A stretch of DNA of 53,704 nucleotides from Phoronis australis (lineage: Eukaryota > Animalia > Phoronida), in NCBI GenBank assembly GCA_002633005.1, contig NMRA01000316.1:123901-177604 (forward strand), read 5' to 3'. The notes beneath the pieces were generated by a model. The model did no database searches and was not told the origin of the DNA. It saw only the letters and a program-made list of their open reading frames with translations. Position numbers and translations under genes: made by a program. Shown here piece by piece: positions 13,801-24,985 of the stretch; the stretch's first letter is position 1; each line of letters begins with the position of its first letter.

Positions 13801-16800
13801 TTACATGACGCAATTTAAAATATAGTCGAAAGATATCACCAAGATGCAAACATATCGTACGTTTGACTTATCTTTCTGCTGAAACCTCATGACGGTAGCT
13901 GAGAGAGTACTGGTCATGCATGAGTCAACTGTCACCGAATACGGGGGCCTTTTGTGCACCACAAAAACTAAATATTCACATTCAAAGTTTGAATGAGCAT
14001 CCTTCGGGCTTGATTACAATGCAAATGCCCAATGTACAAGAAAGAATTTCTTTTTAAGCAAAACAAAAACATTTCCGTTGGCTTGCTCGACTTCTCAAAT
14101 CCTTTCTCTGGATACCACCAACCTTAGTTTTAAGCCGGGTGAAAACATTGGGATGATTTTCGGCTTAGGGTCCACAGAAAGATCTTTGATGCACCAACCC
14201 GGTATACAATACAATACGGTTCTAGAATAAAAAAACCTGCAAGCCTCTGAGATTACAACACCTAAAACTGAGAGAACAAAATTATGTAGCGTTTTACACA
14301 TACTGTTTGGATCTATCTATGCACAGAATTAAAGAGCTTGGATCATTACAAAATTTGATATTTGTTGTTAAGAACTCACACTCTGCATCGTCGCCGACTC
14401 GAAGTGGTCCGTGCTCTGCAAACAAGCCAAACATGCCAGAACCGCCCGGACCTCCTTGAAGCCAGAGGATCACAGGATCATTTGCCGGGTCTGCCTAGAG
14501 AAAAGATGAACACTTCTGTGACAAAACGAGACAGTTTTACAATACAGCGTTGAATTAAACAAATAATGTATGGCAAGGAACAACTGCTTAATATTATTTT
14601 ATGGTTTTAGTATATGGTTTAGTAGCACAGGCACATGACTACATCTCTTTGAACTGTTATAACCTGTTCATTACTTTTGAAATAATACACAGTGTGTTGG
14701 ACATTACGTTAGAAACATTTCCTCAACCTTAGCACCATTGAAAAATCGAGAGTAAATTTTAAAACAAGAAAGTCTGGTATTTTATGGAATTGCTTCCTTT
14801 CTCCGTCTGTCCACCCCGTCTCCCAACCTTTCTCATCTCACGACCTCCACAACTGTTCTGTCTCCACCTGAACCCATACTCCCTCTTACAACCTTATCAA
14901 AAGTTTTATTTCCGGTCTCCAATCTGCATGTACAGGTGTTAATTATTGGATTTGGTCACATACCTGCGACGGAAAGAACCAGAAGAAGATATTGCTCTGA
15001 TAAGCCTTGTTGACCGTTAAAAAGCCCGCAAAGGAATCTTGACCAAAAGGTTGCGAAGAAGCGAGATAGAGTGGACCAACCTTGCTGAGACTGCGTGCTT
15101 AAACATTTGGAAAAAAACGTTGTTGTATTATAGTACATATGTCGTTATATAAATCCGTAACATTATTTATGTTGCGTAAAGACAATTATTATGAAATCGG
15201 TAGTGGCATTCTAAATTTTCTTTTGTGATACGGGCCATGCCAATTGTAGAAAATCCTGATATTGTTGTCTCGATACGGAGCTAAGTACATCTACAAGCAG
15301 ACTGCCTTTGTTATTTTATGATGTATCTACATGTACTACAAAATGTATGAACGTTTGTTATCTGAGAGTTGAGCGTTGAAAATCTGTAAGAGGACATAAA
15401 TGCTCCGCTACCGTTCTTTGTGCAAAACCTGGAGCGAACACTAAAAAGTTCTAGCAAAGTCTACTAAATTGGTACAGTGTAAGAGTTTCAGACCAGTTAA
15501 TTGGCAGCGTTGAGGAAAGACCGTCCAATCGGAATGCTCCCGGGATCATCTTTGTGACACACAAAGGCACGGTCATTTTAGATGAACAGCGTGCCTAGGT
15601 CTGGGTGGTGTTAATGACGCAACAACAGGTATCCAAACGTGCTTTTGAGCGAGTACAACGCAAGTGGGATTTATTGACAATTCAATTCGGTTAATTAAAC
15701 AGTTACCTGCTCTGCAAATCTTTGTAATAGACAAACATCAACATAACTAAAGAACATGCTAATAAAAGTATACGTTTTCTGAATTAGAAAGCCTACGCAA
15801 TTTGACTTTTAAGATTATTCTCTCATCCCATTATCAGGATCACGTAAAACAACGAATTTTGAGTAAAATTTAGCAAACAATAACAGTAAACTCTTAGTAA
15901 AACAACGATATCAATTACATGACCAAATTTCGTTTGATGAAAATGTCGAGAGGGTATCTGAGAAGACGCAGATAGTTATGCCGTTCTTCTGTTTTCGTTA
16001 AATGCAATTTTTGCGATTTTTTTGGAAAAACACAAAATTTCGATTTTTGATAGACCCTCATGCAAATGCGGAACTTAAACGAAAATCAATTCCTATCGGC
16101 AAATGCATAAACGACTACAAGATTTAAAATGCTACTGTCTCGTTTGAACAGCAAGTTCTCGTGAGAATTTCTGGGATGTGAACCTGTATCTCTAATGATT
16201 ACATGTCATTTTGGGTCTATTTTCTCGCCGCTAGACTGTTATTGAACTCAACCCTGGATCTGGCAGCTCGAGCGGGGCACGTGACATCGTTTTGCGCAAC
16301 GAAGCTACCCCTCTCCCCTGCTGCAGTCGCCACTAGTTTCACCCCCGCCGCGCGACACCACATTTTCCCTCCTGTAATCACGAATTTGTTCTTTCATAAC
16401 CTGCAATATCCTTATAATTTTCGAATCAGGTGGGACAATTAATTCCTGCTACCTTGATAAAAAGATAGTTTTGTTTTTTGTCTCTACCGATAAACTTATT
16501 TACTCGTACGATAGAGATACCTGTAAGTACTTCAAAAGAATAGGTAACTCTATGGTGTTAGAACTCTGTCAAACCAATATTCCAATCTGACTTATTACTA
16601 TCGCCAAGACTCTACCAACCCGTCTTCATTGATCGAACATACAAATATTATTGTCTCGAGAATATGCGCCGACACTTCTGAGAAAAGGCACTTATAGGTA
16701 TCAAACAAAGCTGCCAATCGACCGCCGAGCCAAAGACATCTTCAACAGTGGCGCAGTGCTGCATTGTGGACGCATTTACAGGATTAAGGAGCTCACTGAC

Positions 16801-16996
16801 CTTTTTCTAACTCTCCATTCTCAATGTACGGCGTAAGAAGCAGTGGTTCTCCAGGATCGATGCCAGACTCTTTGGTGGACACGTGTCGCTTTTCAAAGAA
16901 TTGCTTACAATTTCTGCCACATATAATGCTGTTCGTGGGAACCACAACTAAGGCAAGGGTTATCCCCCACCACAACAAATGTTGCTGAAATTCCAT
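1760..16996 (-). CDS. CPVL: CPVL-like serine carboxypeptidase (peptidase S10), paralogue A; 12 coding exons, 487 aa
   Basis: Exons in transcript order: 16801-16996, 14964-15097, 14380-14494, 13121-13179, 12706-12785, 12261-12327, 10758-10880, 6824-6952, 5581-5673, 4722-4901, 3939-4121, 1760-1864. Sum is 1464 nt, all introns GT-AG, frame continuous. Motifs: hydrophobic signal peptide, [52 protein letters not shown] (catalytic Ser), NGQLD (Asp), GAGH (His), PYDQP. Confidence 0.95.
2474..3044. mobile_element. Non-autonomous TIR element
   Basis: gctggttccctacgtgcc..agccagcacgcaggt (2479-2512) is inverted at 2993-3039 with one indel. Confidence 0.6.
3277..3494 (+). mobile_element. MITE, family 1 copy b
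   Basis: 15-bp TIR catgcgcgcacccag / ctgggtgcgtgcatg; 5-bp TSD gtgac (3272-3276 / 3495-3499). Confidence 0.85.
3939..4121 (-). CDS. CPVL: CPVL-A coding exon 11 (catalytic Asp)
   Basis: [17 protein letters not shown]...[22 protein letters not shown]. Confidence 0.95.
4722..4901 (-). CDS. CPVL: CPVL-A coding exon 10
   Basis: [60 protein letters not shown]. Confidence 0.93.
5581..5673 (-). CDS. CPVL: CPVL-A coding exon 9
   Basis: [31 protein letters not shown]. Confidence 0.93.
6824..6952 (-). CDS. CPVL: CPVL-A coding exon 8
   Basis: [43 protein letters not shown]. Confidence 0.93.
7705..9009. mobile_element. Internally deleted Kolobok-like DNA transposon in CPVL-A intron 7
   Basis: Perfect 15-bp TIR agagttcccaccatg / catggtgggaactct; TTAA TSD (7701-7704 / 9010-9013). 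THAP remnant on plus ([13 protein letters not shown], 8262-8303). Acidic ORF remnant on minus (8545-8805). Confidence 0.85.
8050..8200. mobile_element. MITE family 2 (dimeric), nested in the Kolobok-like element
   Basis: Termini cataggcggtgca / tgcgccacccatg; near-TSD tttgt/attgt; homologous to 19748-19879. Confidence 0.7.
9580..9885. repeat. Degenerate long palindrome (foldback MITE)
   Basis: Arms gataaaataaaccccga / tcggggtccgtgttttatc and tcctggcttcgaaaagtcactcc / ggagtcgttttccgacttcagga. Confidence 0.55.
10758..10880 (-). CDS. CPVL: CPVL-A coding exon 7 (catalytic Ser)
   Basis: [41 protein letters not shown]. Confidence 0.95.
12261..12327 (-). CDS. CPVL: CPVL-A coding exon 6
   Basis: [22 protein letters not shown]. 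Confidence 0.95.
12706..12785 (-). CDS. CPVL: CPVL-A coding exon 5
   Basis: [27 protein letters not shown]. Confidence 0.95.
13121..13179 (-). CDS. CPVL: CPVL-A coding exon 4
   Basis: [20 protein letters not shown]; AG/GT flanks. Confidence 0.93.
14380..14494 (-). CDS. CPVL: CPVL-A coding exon 3
   Basis: [38 protein letters not shown]; S10 WLQGGPG motif. Confidence 0.95.
14964..15097 (-). CDS. CPVL: CPVL-A coding exon 2
   Basis: [45 protein letters not shown]; AG/GT flanks; 134 nt as in paralogue B. Confidence 0.95.
16801..16996 (-). CDS. CPVL: CPVL-A coding exon 1 (signal peptide, [11 protein letters not shown]...[17 protein letters not shown])
   Basis: ATG at 16996, just after the acceptor ttttag (17004-17005); donor G|GTCAGT. 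Confidence 0.88.
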
Positions 16997-18001
16997 CAGG
17001 CCCCTAAAAGACATCAGAAACACAGTTGAGGGCCGTCTTCAAAATAACAATCAAATATGGACACTTCAAAAACCCGTAGATGACCATTTGTTCAAATAGT
17101 AGTGAACAACTAATTACTATTCAGTCCGATGCAATTAAAAATTTGACACCGGAAAACGTTTTTTTCCTTGCTGTGATGTGGATATGTCTTCTACTGATGC
17201 CTGATTATAAAGAGCGATCAACATCCAGAGAATCAGCAATCAACGTTATATCCTATCTCAAAGACCTACATGTGCACGGCACAGACTTTTGTGCCACCGT
17301 GCATGTCAGTAGTTGTTCACGAAGTAAATTGATGCTGAAGTGAACACCCACCCGCAAAGGACTGCGTATAATTGTCGTGCACTTGCAGAAAGTATTCCTA
17401 GCCTATGCGACAAATAAAACTCATTAAGATTTCTGATGTCTGGTGTTCAGTCCTTTTACATATTATTAAGAAGAAACCTTATTTACGTTGGGTAAACGCA
17501 AAACATAATACAGTAGAACTTATTTTTAAAAACTCAAAACTGTATCGATTGTACTGAATTATGAATATCACATTACATGATTTAGAAAAACATGAAGTAT
17601 TTTTGAGGTACGTTAATATTTATACCAATATGTGAGGCATTGAAAAATATTAGTCACAACGAATGAGTTGAACTGACTCCGTAATCTGTGAAAAAACAAT
17701 GTGAATGTCCCAAATATTTACATACATTATCAAGCATCGCATTTACTAACACGTTATTGGACCCCGAACGTAGTCTTTCAACTCCAAAACATTACCACTT
17801 TTACCACAGCTTCCTGACATAAAGGTAAGTTTTTTACACCATGTCATACACCAATGAATGCTTGTTTTCTCAAAACATTTTATTCTAAGGTCTTAAAAAG
17901 TACCCCATTTTATTATGAAGCTACATCTTTGGGTAAAGTGAAAGTGATAACACAATTTTATGCTCTGAAAATTTAATCAAACGGCCATGCACCATGCTTA
18001 C

Positions 18002-18140
18002 CTGATGAACCCGAAAGCGTTGTCCTTTGTGCCGATACACCACGACCATCATACACATGTACCCACGTAATGACCGAGGGAGACATATGCTCCTCAGTGC
18101 TGGCGGTAAAGCTAGTCAATGTAATAGACTTGATATATAA
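18002..18140 (-). other. Possible non-coding first (5' UTR) exon of CPVL-A
   Basis: Strong donor CAG|GTAAGC ending at 18002. Coding exon 1 has an acceptor 7 nt before the ATG, which implies an upstream exon. The 5' boundary is a guess. Confidence 0.35.
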
Positions 18141-19747
18141 TAACAGCTAACTGGCAAGCAGATGAAGACAGCCGTTTATGCCGGTCGTACAAAATTCCCA
18201 ATACTTAAGTTGAGGCTCGCAAAGCAATCTACGATACACTACACAAAATGTATTGTAAATTAAATTGTAAATATTTTCCATGATTACAAATTTCTCTGTA
18301 TTTGTAGAAAATTTGGAATCCTCACACGGAACATTTCCTTTCCTGATATAACGGCAGGATTTGGATGTCTTCGCTTAATATTTTTGTAAATTGACGGTCT
18401 AATCAAGAACATTGCGAGTTTGGCAATTGAGTTATTTTATACCGGGTGTATTCACACGGCAATGTTTCAAATGCTTCAGTGCGTATGACCCTAGTAGATT
18501 AGTCAGGTTCCAATTTGACAAAAACGACTGTCGAGGGCATTTTGGGGGTAATGCAGATCTGACAATTGATTCTAACTAGTTTTGGGGTGATGAATCCAAA
18601 ACAGTTGTATGCCGGCCTGGACTTTGCCGGCATATCCCTCAAATCTAAGATGGCCGCCATCGGCCATGTTGAAATTGGCAAGTCCCAATAAATGCCTTTT
18701 GTAATGATTATGATACATCCAACTATAGGTTTGCAGGTGTGATAAAATCGATTCTGATACTATTTTTGTGATTGGAGGTCAAGGTCACTTGAAAAGGTCA
18801 CATTATTCCGCACATGTTCCATTGGGAATAGAGTGATGTCAAATATTTCAAGGCATATTTTCACATAAATTCAGACTGGTTTAAAGTATAAAGTTTGCAT
18901 GGCAAAATTAATTTTGCTTACGTCATCTATAAATCTAAGATGGCCGCCGGCCGCTATTGTGGAATTGTATTGGCTAAGGAAGTATTCTTAACAACAATTG
19001 CATATTTCAACAGGAAATCACATGACCAGCAATGTGGGCAACACTCTTGCAATATTTGAACTACCCTAAGGCATAGATAGAGTACAGTAATTAAATCTTC
19101 AATTTGGAATAAAAACGGTCATTAAAATTGCCGTTTCTCTTTATTGAAAACTGACAATGAACCAAATGCTCAAGGTTTTCTAATATGCCTGCACGCCATA
19201 TGAAATGTAAAAAACAAGAAAGTCTTTAAAGGTCAGTGGCGAACTGATACTGGTCAAAATGAGTTTTTCTTTACAGCCATATTGCGACTGATCAGCTGGC
19301 AGTGATTGAGGGTGTTCTTTCGACAACACGTTGAGTTTTAATGCTCGGAGAATGGATAGGATCTTAAAGCGACAGGGTAGGAAGCTTATGGCCACACTCG
19401 CGGACTGAATGTTTGCAAAAGACCCACGTATTTTTCGAGCATTCCTTAGTGGCCAGTTTTTCACTACACCAGTCGACATCTCCCCTGGCACAAGTAGTGT
19501 ACAAATAACCAATTATCGAGTTGGGCAACTAAATGAAGGACTGCTCGAAAAAGTTTGATTACGGGGGTATTTGTTCGAGTTGGAAGGAATTAAACACATC
19601 AAGAACCTATTAAACTGTCCCTCTATGGGCAAAAGGCACTCACAGCAACGTGATTTTGATGCATGATTTCAATCAGTGAGAAACATAATTCGCCAAAAAG
19701 CTTCCGATGCATGAAGGCCTTATGGGAGCACCACTGTCTCTACTGCT

Positions 19748-19879
19748 CAATGGGCGGAGCACCATAGAGGGCTGGGGGGTATAGCCCCACGCTTTTCAGT
19801 GCTGCGCCGCCTATGGTCCAACAGGGGGCTGGGGGGAGGGTTCTCTAGCCTCCACTTTTTCAGTGCTGCGCCGCCCATG
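19748..19879. mobile_element. MITE family 2, nested in the Academ-like element
   Basis: Termini caatgggcggagca / tgcgccgcccatg; exact 5-bp TSD ctgct (19743-19747 / 19880-19884). Confidence 0.8.
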
Positions 19880-20330
19880 CTGCTAACTACATGTACAGAC
19901 GGTGGCATTGTATGTGGGCCTAAGCTACACAATGACCACTGTATAGAGCTGGCCCCAGTAGAAACAGTGAAGCTTGTCTACGAGCTTCATACGCCAGAAG
20001 TTTTTTGACAAGTTATGTCTCACACTGATTAAAGCATCAAAGTCATGATGTTGTAGCTAAGCTTGCGCTAGACTCCTAAAGGTACATGTATTAGCCAAAA
20101 TGGTTAAGGTATCTGAAAACTTTTAGTAAATTTCAAAAATTATTCGCCAAATGCCTTCGTTTTGCCCAACCCCTACAATTGATAAAAATACAGTTACACG
20201 AACTGAACTATTATTATTCACAGGTCATTTATATAATGTACAAACGATCAACATGCCAAGGCCACATAGCAAAAATAATTGTCAAGTGGTTTTGCTATAT
20301 GTTTAACTAAGACAAATTGGGCAGGGGTTC

Positions 20331-22876
20331 CCCCATACGAAAAGAAGAAGTTGAGTTTCAATTGAGAGTCAATCGAAATTCAACAGAAAGTTCAATTTCT
20401 ATTGAATATGTCTGTTGAATGAAAATTCAGTTGGCACTACCCTGCATGCTAATTATGACGTCAGTTGAATGGCTATTGAACGACAATAGAATTTCAGCAG
20501 TTTGAGAAATTTTAGATGTTCTGTATTGAATAGCTATTGAATTTTAGGACATAGGGAATTTCTGAATGGTTTGATTTACCAACAAGTTACCAGCATTGTT
20601 TATTTTAGCTATGTGTTACCAATTGGTTGTCAAGGTTACATTCCTGGAAAGTGACCATTAGGCGTTTCAAACCCTTTCAAATGGTTTTGGTCCAGCATAA
20701 ACTCTGCATGGATAGTAAAGAACTGCATAGATCAATTGGTTCGATTTATATTGTATTTATGCCAATTTGATTGTTAAGTAATATAAGGTTTCATTCATGC
20801 ATGAGTAGCTTTAGTTTTGCAAACAAAATGGAAGGTTTTTTCTAACTGATTCAGCTGATCAAGTTTATGGAAGTTAGGTAGTAGAGCACAGATTTCAAAA
20901 TGAAGTTGGGTTACAGACCAAAACCTGCATGTGCTTGTAGTTGCCAAAACAACTGCCACTTAATTATGTTTTGACCTAAAATACATGTATATCATTTGAA
21001 TTACTTAAGACTTAGAAACATGTTTTTTATGATTCTGTCTTAAAATTCTCACATCAGAGCAATGTACATGTTTAATTGAGAGAAATGAATTTTTATTTTG
21101 GTTACATGAACTAACATTAAATAATTGATTTAAGAACAAAGTAAGAGATGTATTGGATGTTATAAGTTCGCCATCGCCACCAGTCATCTACCCGGCATAG
21201 TGTCTCTGCAGTATGTTCGGATAACCATACTGCTTAAACGTACAAACTATTAGGCTCATAGGTTTAAAAAATCACATTTAAGGTATGAGTTAATGAGTTG
21301 CTTGACATACTTCGCTATCACTGAAAAACAGTGCAATTCTATGGAAAGTAAAATACAGATGTACATGTAGTACTCACTTTGGTTGATGAGTAGGCCCTGC
21401 CGAGCGGCATAAACTACATGGGTTAAGCCATTCAAACACAGTGCTGCAGAGGTGATAAGTTTGATAAATGTACATGTGTGTTGATGCTGGATGATATTTC
21501 CAAGTCCAAATAAATTAAAATTACATTTCTAATGAAACAGCTGTTCATAGATGTAGGTAATATCAGGTTATGAGAAAGTTACAATGCATTGAGACTAATA
21601 CCTATGCATTATACTTATTGCTTTTCTTCAGTGAATAGACGTCAATCAAGTTTTATGGTAGTTTTCATAATTCTGGAGTTTTCACTAGTGTACATGTAGC
21701 AGATAACACCATTATTAATGCTGTTGTTTAATTTTCTAAAGTCGATGGCTAATTAACTAAGAAAGCATTTATGTATTTCTTGGGCGACAAGTTCGATACA
21801 AATTTGATTAGTTTACTTGATACCCTCTAACTGGATATTTCCCATTTTTTATTACAGAAGAAGATTTTGAAAACATGCATGATGAATTGAAAAGACTATA
21901 ATTCTTGGGAGCTAATGCCAACTCCACCAACACTGTGTCAGTCATCAATTCCTGTTGTGGACAGATACCTCACATTAATGGATTATAACAAGTCTCAGTA
22001 CTTTAAAAAGTGCGTACAATGCCGACATTTGAAAATTTGGTGTCACATGTGTATTGTGCTTTTCAGGCAGCCAATGTTTTACTACTATAGCTCTGTATGC
22101 CTGAATTTTTTTATTTTATCGCCAACATTTAGTAAGCTAACTGGATATAGAATACTCATTTTCCATCCAACATATGGGATCTGCTGCAATATGTAATCGG
22201 AGAAGTTCATAGAGACATATTATTTTGTTCATGTGCTAGACTAAGCATACAAATGTTGTGAAAACAAAACAATCTACAGTTAGTCTGCATTTAAGAGGTT
22301 CTTCAAAATGTTCACAAAGGCTGCTACATTTCAATGATGCCACAAGGGTCCAACAAATATCTAAGGCACTATTTTTGTTGTTCTCTGTTTAATGCTGTAT
22401 GATAATAATACTTGTGCAAGCTTCGATTTAAGGTTTCGCAATGCTCAGTTGTCTATGATTTGATATTACTTGTGCATGCCAGGTTGTTGAAGGAATATGT
22501 GAACTATTTTTATCTCTTGAAGAGGTTTACAACAATTATACATCTTATATTTCGAAAGAGTTAATATTTAGTAAAAACTACTTGAAATTCAAATTATTTT
22601 GTATAGTTAGAAAAATTGAATGACCATTGAACGGCTATTGAATTGTTATTGAATATGGGATGAAATTCAAATGATTCTGTTCTCCATGGAGAATTAAATG
22701 GCTACTGAACGGCCATTGAATTCTAGTTGTCTGCTATCGAATATGTTAATGAATTGAATCAATTCATTTATTTGCATTAGAAAAACTTCAATTGAATTCC
22801 AATTGAATCTCAATTGAACCTCAATTGAGTCTCAATTCCTGTCCCATCTGAAAATGCGATAGTTTTTCGTACAGTG
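20331..22876. mobile_element. Nested CMC/EnSpm-like non-autonomous element
   Basis: Imperfect TIR ccccatacgaaaa / ttttcgtacagtg, with arrays of (c)aattga/attgaa subterminal repeats at both ends (20350-20545, 22615-22840). No clear TSD. Confidence 0.5.
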
Positions 22877-22911
22877 CATCTCCGGGTTACGTTGGGGGGA
22901 AGCCGGCCAGT

Positions 22912-23489
22912 AGCTTTAGCGCAAAGTTGTAGAAAACTGATCAGATAAAATCTGACAGAACATAAGTGTCATTAGAAACCACACTCTTTCTTGAGTACAA
23001 TAAATTATTTACCGGAATTAGAAAATTGGCGCTCTATCGTTGTTCTGCTGGTAAAATTGTGATGCGATTGCAACGGATTACAGCACCATGGAATATTGCG
23101 TCACCCATTGGCATTTTTTGCCAATTCCTCAAGAACTGTTGTTCTTTCACGGGGTTGCGTGTATGTCACAGCAAATTATCGGAAATGGTTCCATTTGATT
23201 ACAAGTTTTTAGAATTTTTTAGCAATAAACTGAATTTCAGAACAAATTTTGCTGCTGAAAATGTGTTATCATCTCCCGAGAGATGTTGCAATTTTTTAGG
23301 AAAAGGCGTGTACTCGTCACGAGAATACTGTTTTCAAAACGTCAACATATTTTTCTTTGTTACAATGGGCAAAAAATTACGTAACGAAATGGAGTTTTCG
23401 TTTGAACGGCTGTTACGGGCAAAGTGAGTTTCGGGTGATTTTGCATGCACCCCCCCGGTCTTTAGCTCTACACGTTGATACAAGTTACA
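22912..23489 (+). repeat. Interspersed repeat, copy a
   Basis: Diverged homology to the reverse complement of 46988-47580 (e.g. aatattgcgtcacc, ttgcatgcac..ccggtctttagct..ttgatacaagtt). Confidence 0.75.
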
Positions 23490-24499
23490 AATAAAATACT
23501 CCAAAACTAGTCTGAATTTATGTACATGTATAAAGATGCCCTGAAATGACTGTACATGTACATGTATTTCCAATGAAATATGTGCGGCATATTGTGACCT
23601 TAACCTCGCCCTTTTCGCGTGATCAATCACAAAAATGGTATCAGAATCGATTTTATCATATCTGAAAACTTATACTTTGATGTACCATAATTATTTTAAA
23701 AGGCTTTTTTGGGACTTGCTAATTCCAAGATGGTCGATGGTGGCCATCTTGGATTTGAGGGTTATTCCGGCAAAATCCAGCCCGGCATACATTTTTTTTT
23801 GATTCAGCACCCCAAAATTAGTTCGAATCAATCGTCATGTCTGCACTAACCCCAAATGCCCTCGACACCATTTCCTGAGGCCTATTTTGAAAATTGTAAC
23901 TTGACTAGATTTCTTATTGGTCAATACGATCTCCGGCTGTTTCTTTTTCTCTTCCTACGTTTTGCCATCGTCCTCGTTGCTACTCGAATATTTTTATACC
24001 TTAAATTTTCAACAAAAGCCTCCCTCCCGTAACCCAGTTTCATTGGTTTTAAAGTATTTAAACATACGTTTTCTGATAGGCGTATGTATCAGTTGCAGAT
24101 CTACGTTTTCAGTACGGGGGATTTAGGATTCGAGTGAATCCGAGGCGCGTAGGGCCGAGCGGAAGGAAGGGGTTCCCCCCCTCCCGCGTAACATTTTTGT
24201 GGTTTTTAGTAGCTGATCTCATTTTTCTGACGAAATTTATTTAAATTTTTATTTTTGATCCTGTCCCGAAGGGGCTTTTGAACCCCCGGAACACCCCTGT
24301 GAATCGCCTCTAAGTATACGTCTACATGTAGGTGCGTGCGTATGGATGTTACAACCGACGTGAACTCATGTAACCGAGACAGCAAAACTACATGTAGGTT
24401 AATTTATTTGACCCTGAGCTAAGACGAATATGCATCGACACGCAAAGTGGTATGAGCCTGACAACCTATTACGCAACTGCTACTCTAGCCTAAAAATAG

Positions 24500-24685
24500 C
24501 AGCCGACCAGCTGGTCGTCTGATGGCCGGTCGGCTATAGGGTCGGCTGAAGGGTCGGCTGTGGGGTCGCCTTATGAGTCGGCACTGCGGGCGGCTGCCGG
24601 TCGGCTAATTTTTAGCCGACCGGTCGGCTAATTTGCCGACCGGTCGACGGCCGGTCGTCGACCAATTTCCGACCGGTCGGCCAAA
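24500..24685. repeat. Cluster of CCGACCGGTCGG palindromes / ggtcggc repeats
   Basis: About a dozen ggtcgg/ccgacc units in both orientations, including the perfect palindrome tagccgaccggtcggcta (24613-24630). Confidence 0.8.
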
Positions 24686-24731
24686 AATTCGTGATGTGTG
24701 CTGTATGTCTGGATGCATGTACAATGTTCGT

Positions 24732-24985
24732 GGAAAGAGAGAGAGGGCAAAGGCAGAAGGAGATGGGGACGGAGAGGGGAGAGGGGTCGAGAAAGAAGGA
24801 GAGGGAGGGATGGAGGGAGGGACGGGGTGTATAGAGGGATGGGGGAAGGGAGAGGGGGAGAGGGAGATGGAGAGAAGGGAAAAGAGAGAACGGGAGGGGG
24901 CTGGAGGGAGGGACAGAGGAAGTGAGGGAGGGGGAGGCAGGCTTTAGGAGCAAAGGGAGGAGTTTGGAGGGAAGGAGAGAGAAAG
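24732..24985 (+). repeat. GA-rich polypurine low-complexity tract
   Basis: ~250 nt almost entirely G/A with many GGG runs. Confidence 0.9.

Larger units (their letters stand above)
18500..23907. mobile_element. 5.4-kb non-autonomous Academ-like DNA transposon with ~300-bp TIRs
   Basis: 18500-~18790 is the reverse complement of ~23593-23907. Termini TAGTC...GACTA with flanking duplication gat (or agatt if the termini are shifted by one base). TAG..CTA ends with a 3-bp TSD fit Academ. No transposase ORF seen. Confidence 0.75.

Noticed and set aside
22966-23427. 153-aa ORF as a gene
   Set aside because: It lies in an interspersed repeat, the frame is not preserved in the second copy and it has no recognisable domain.
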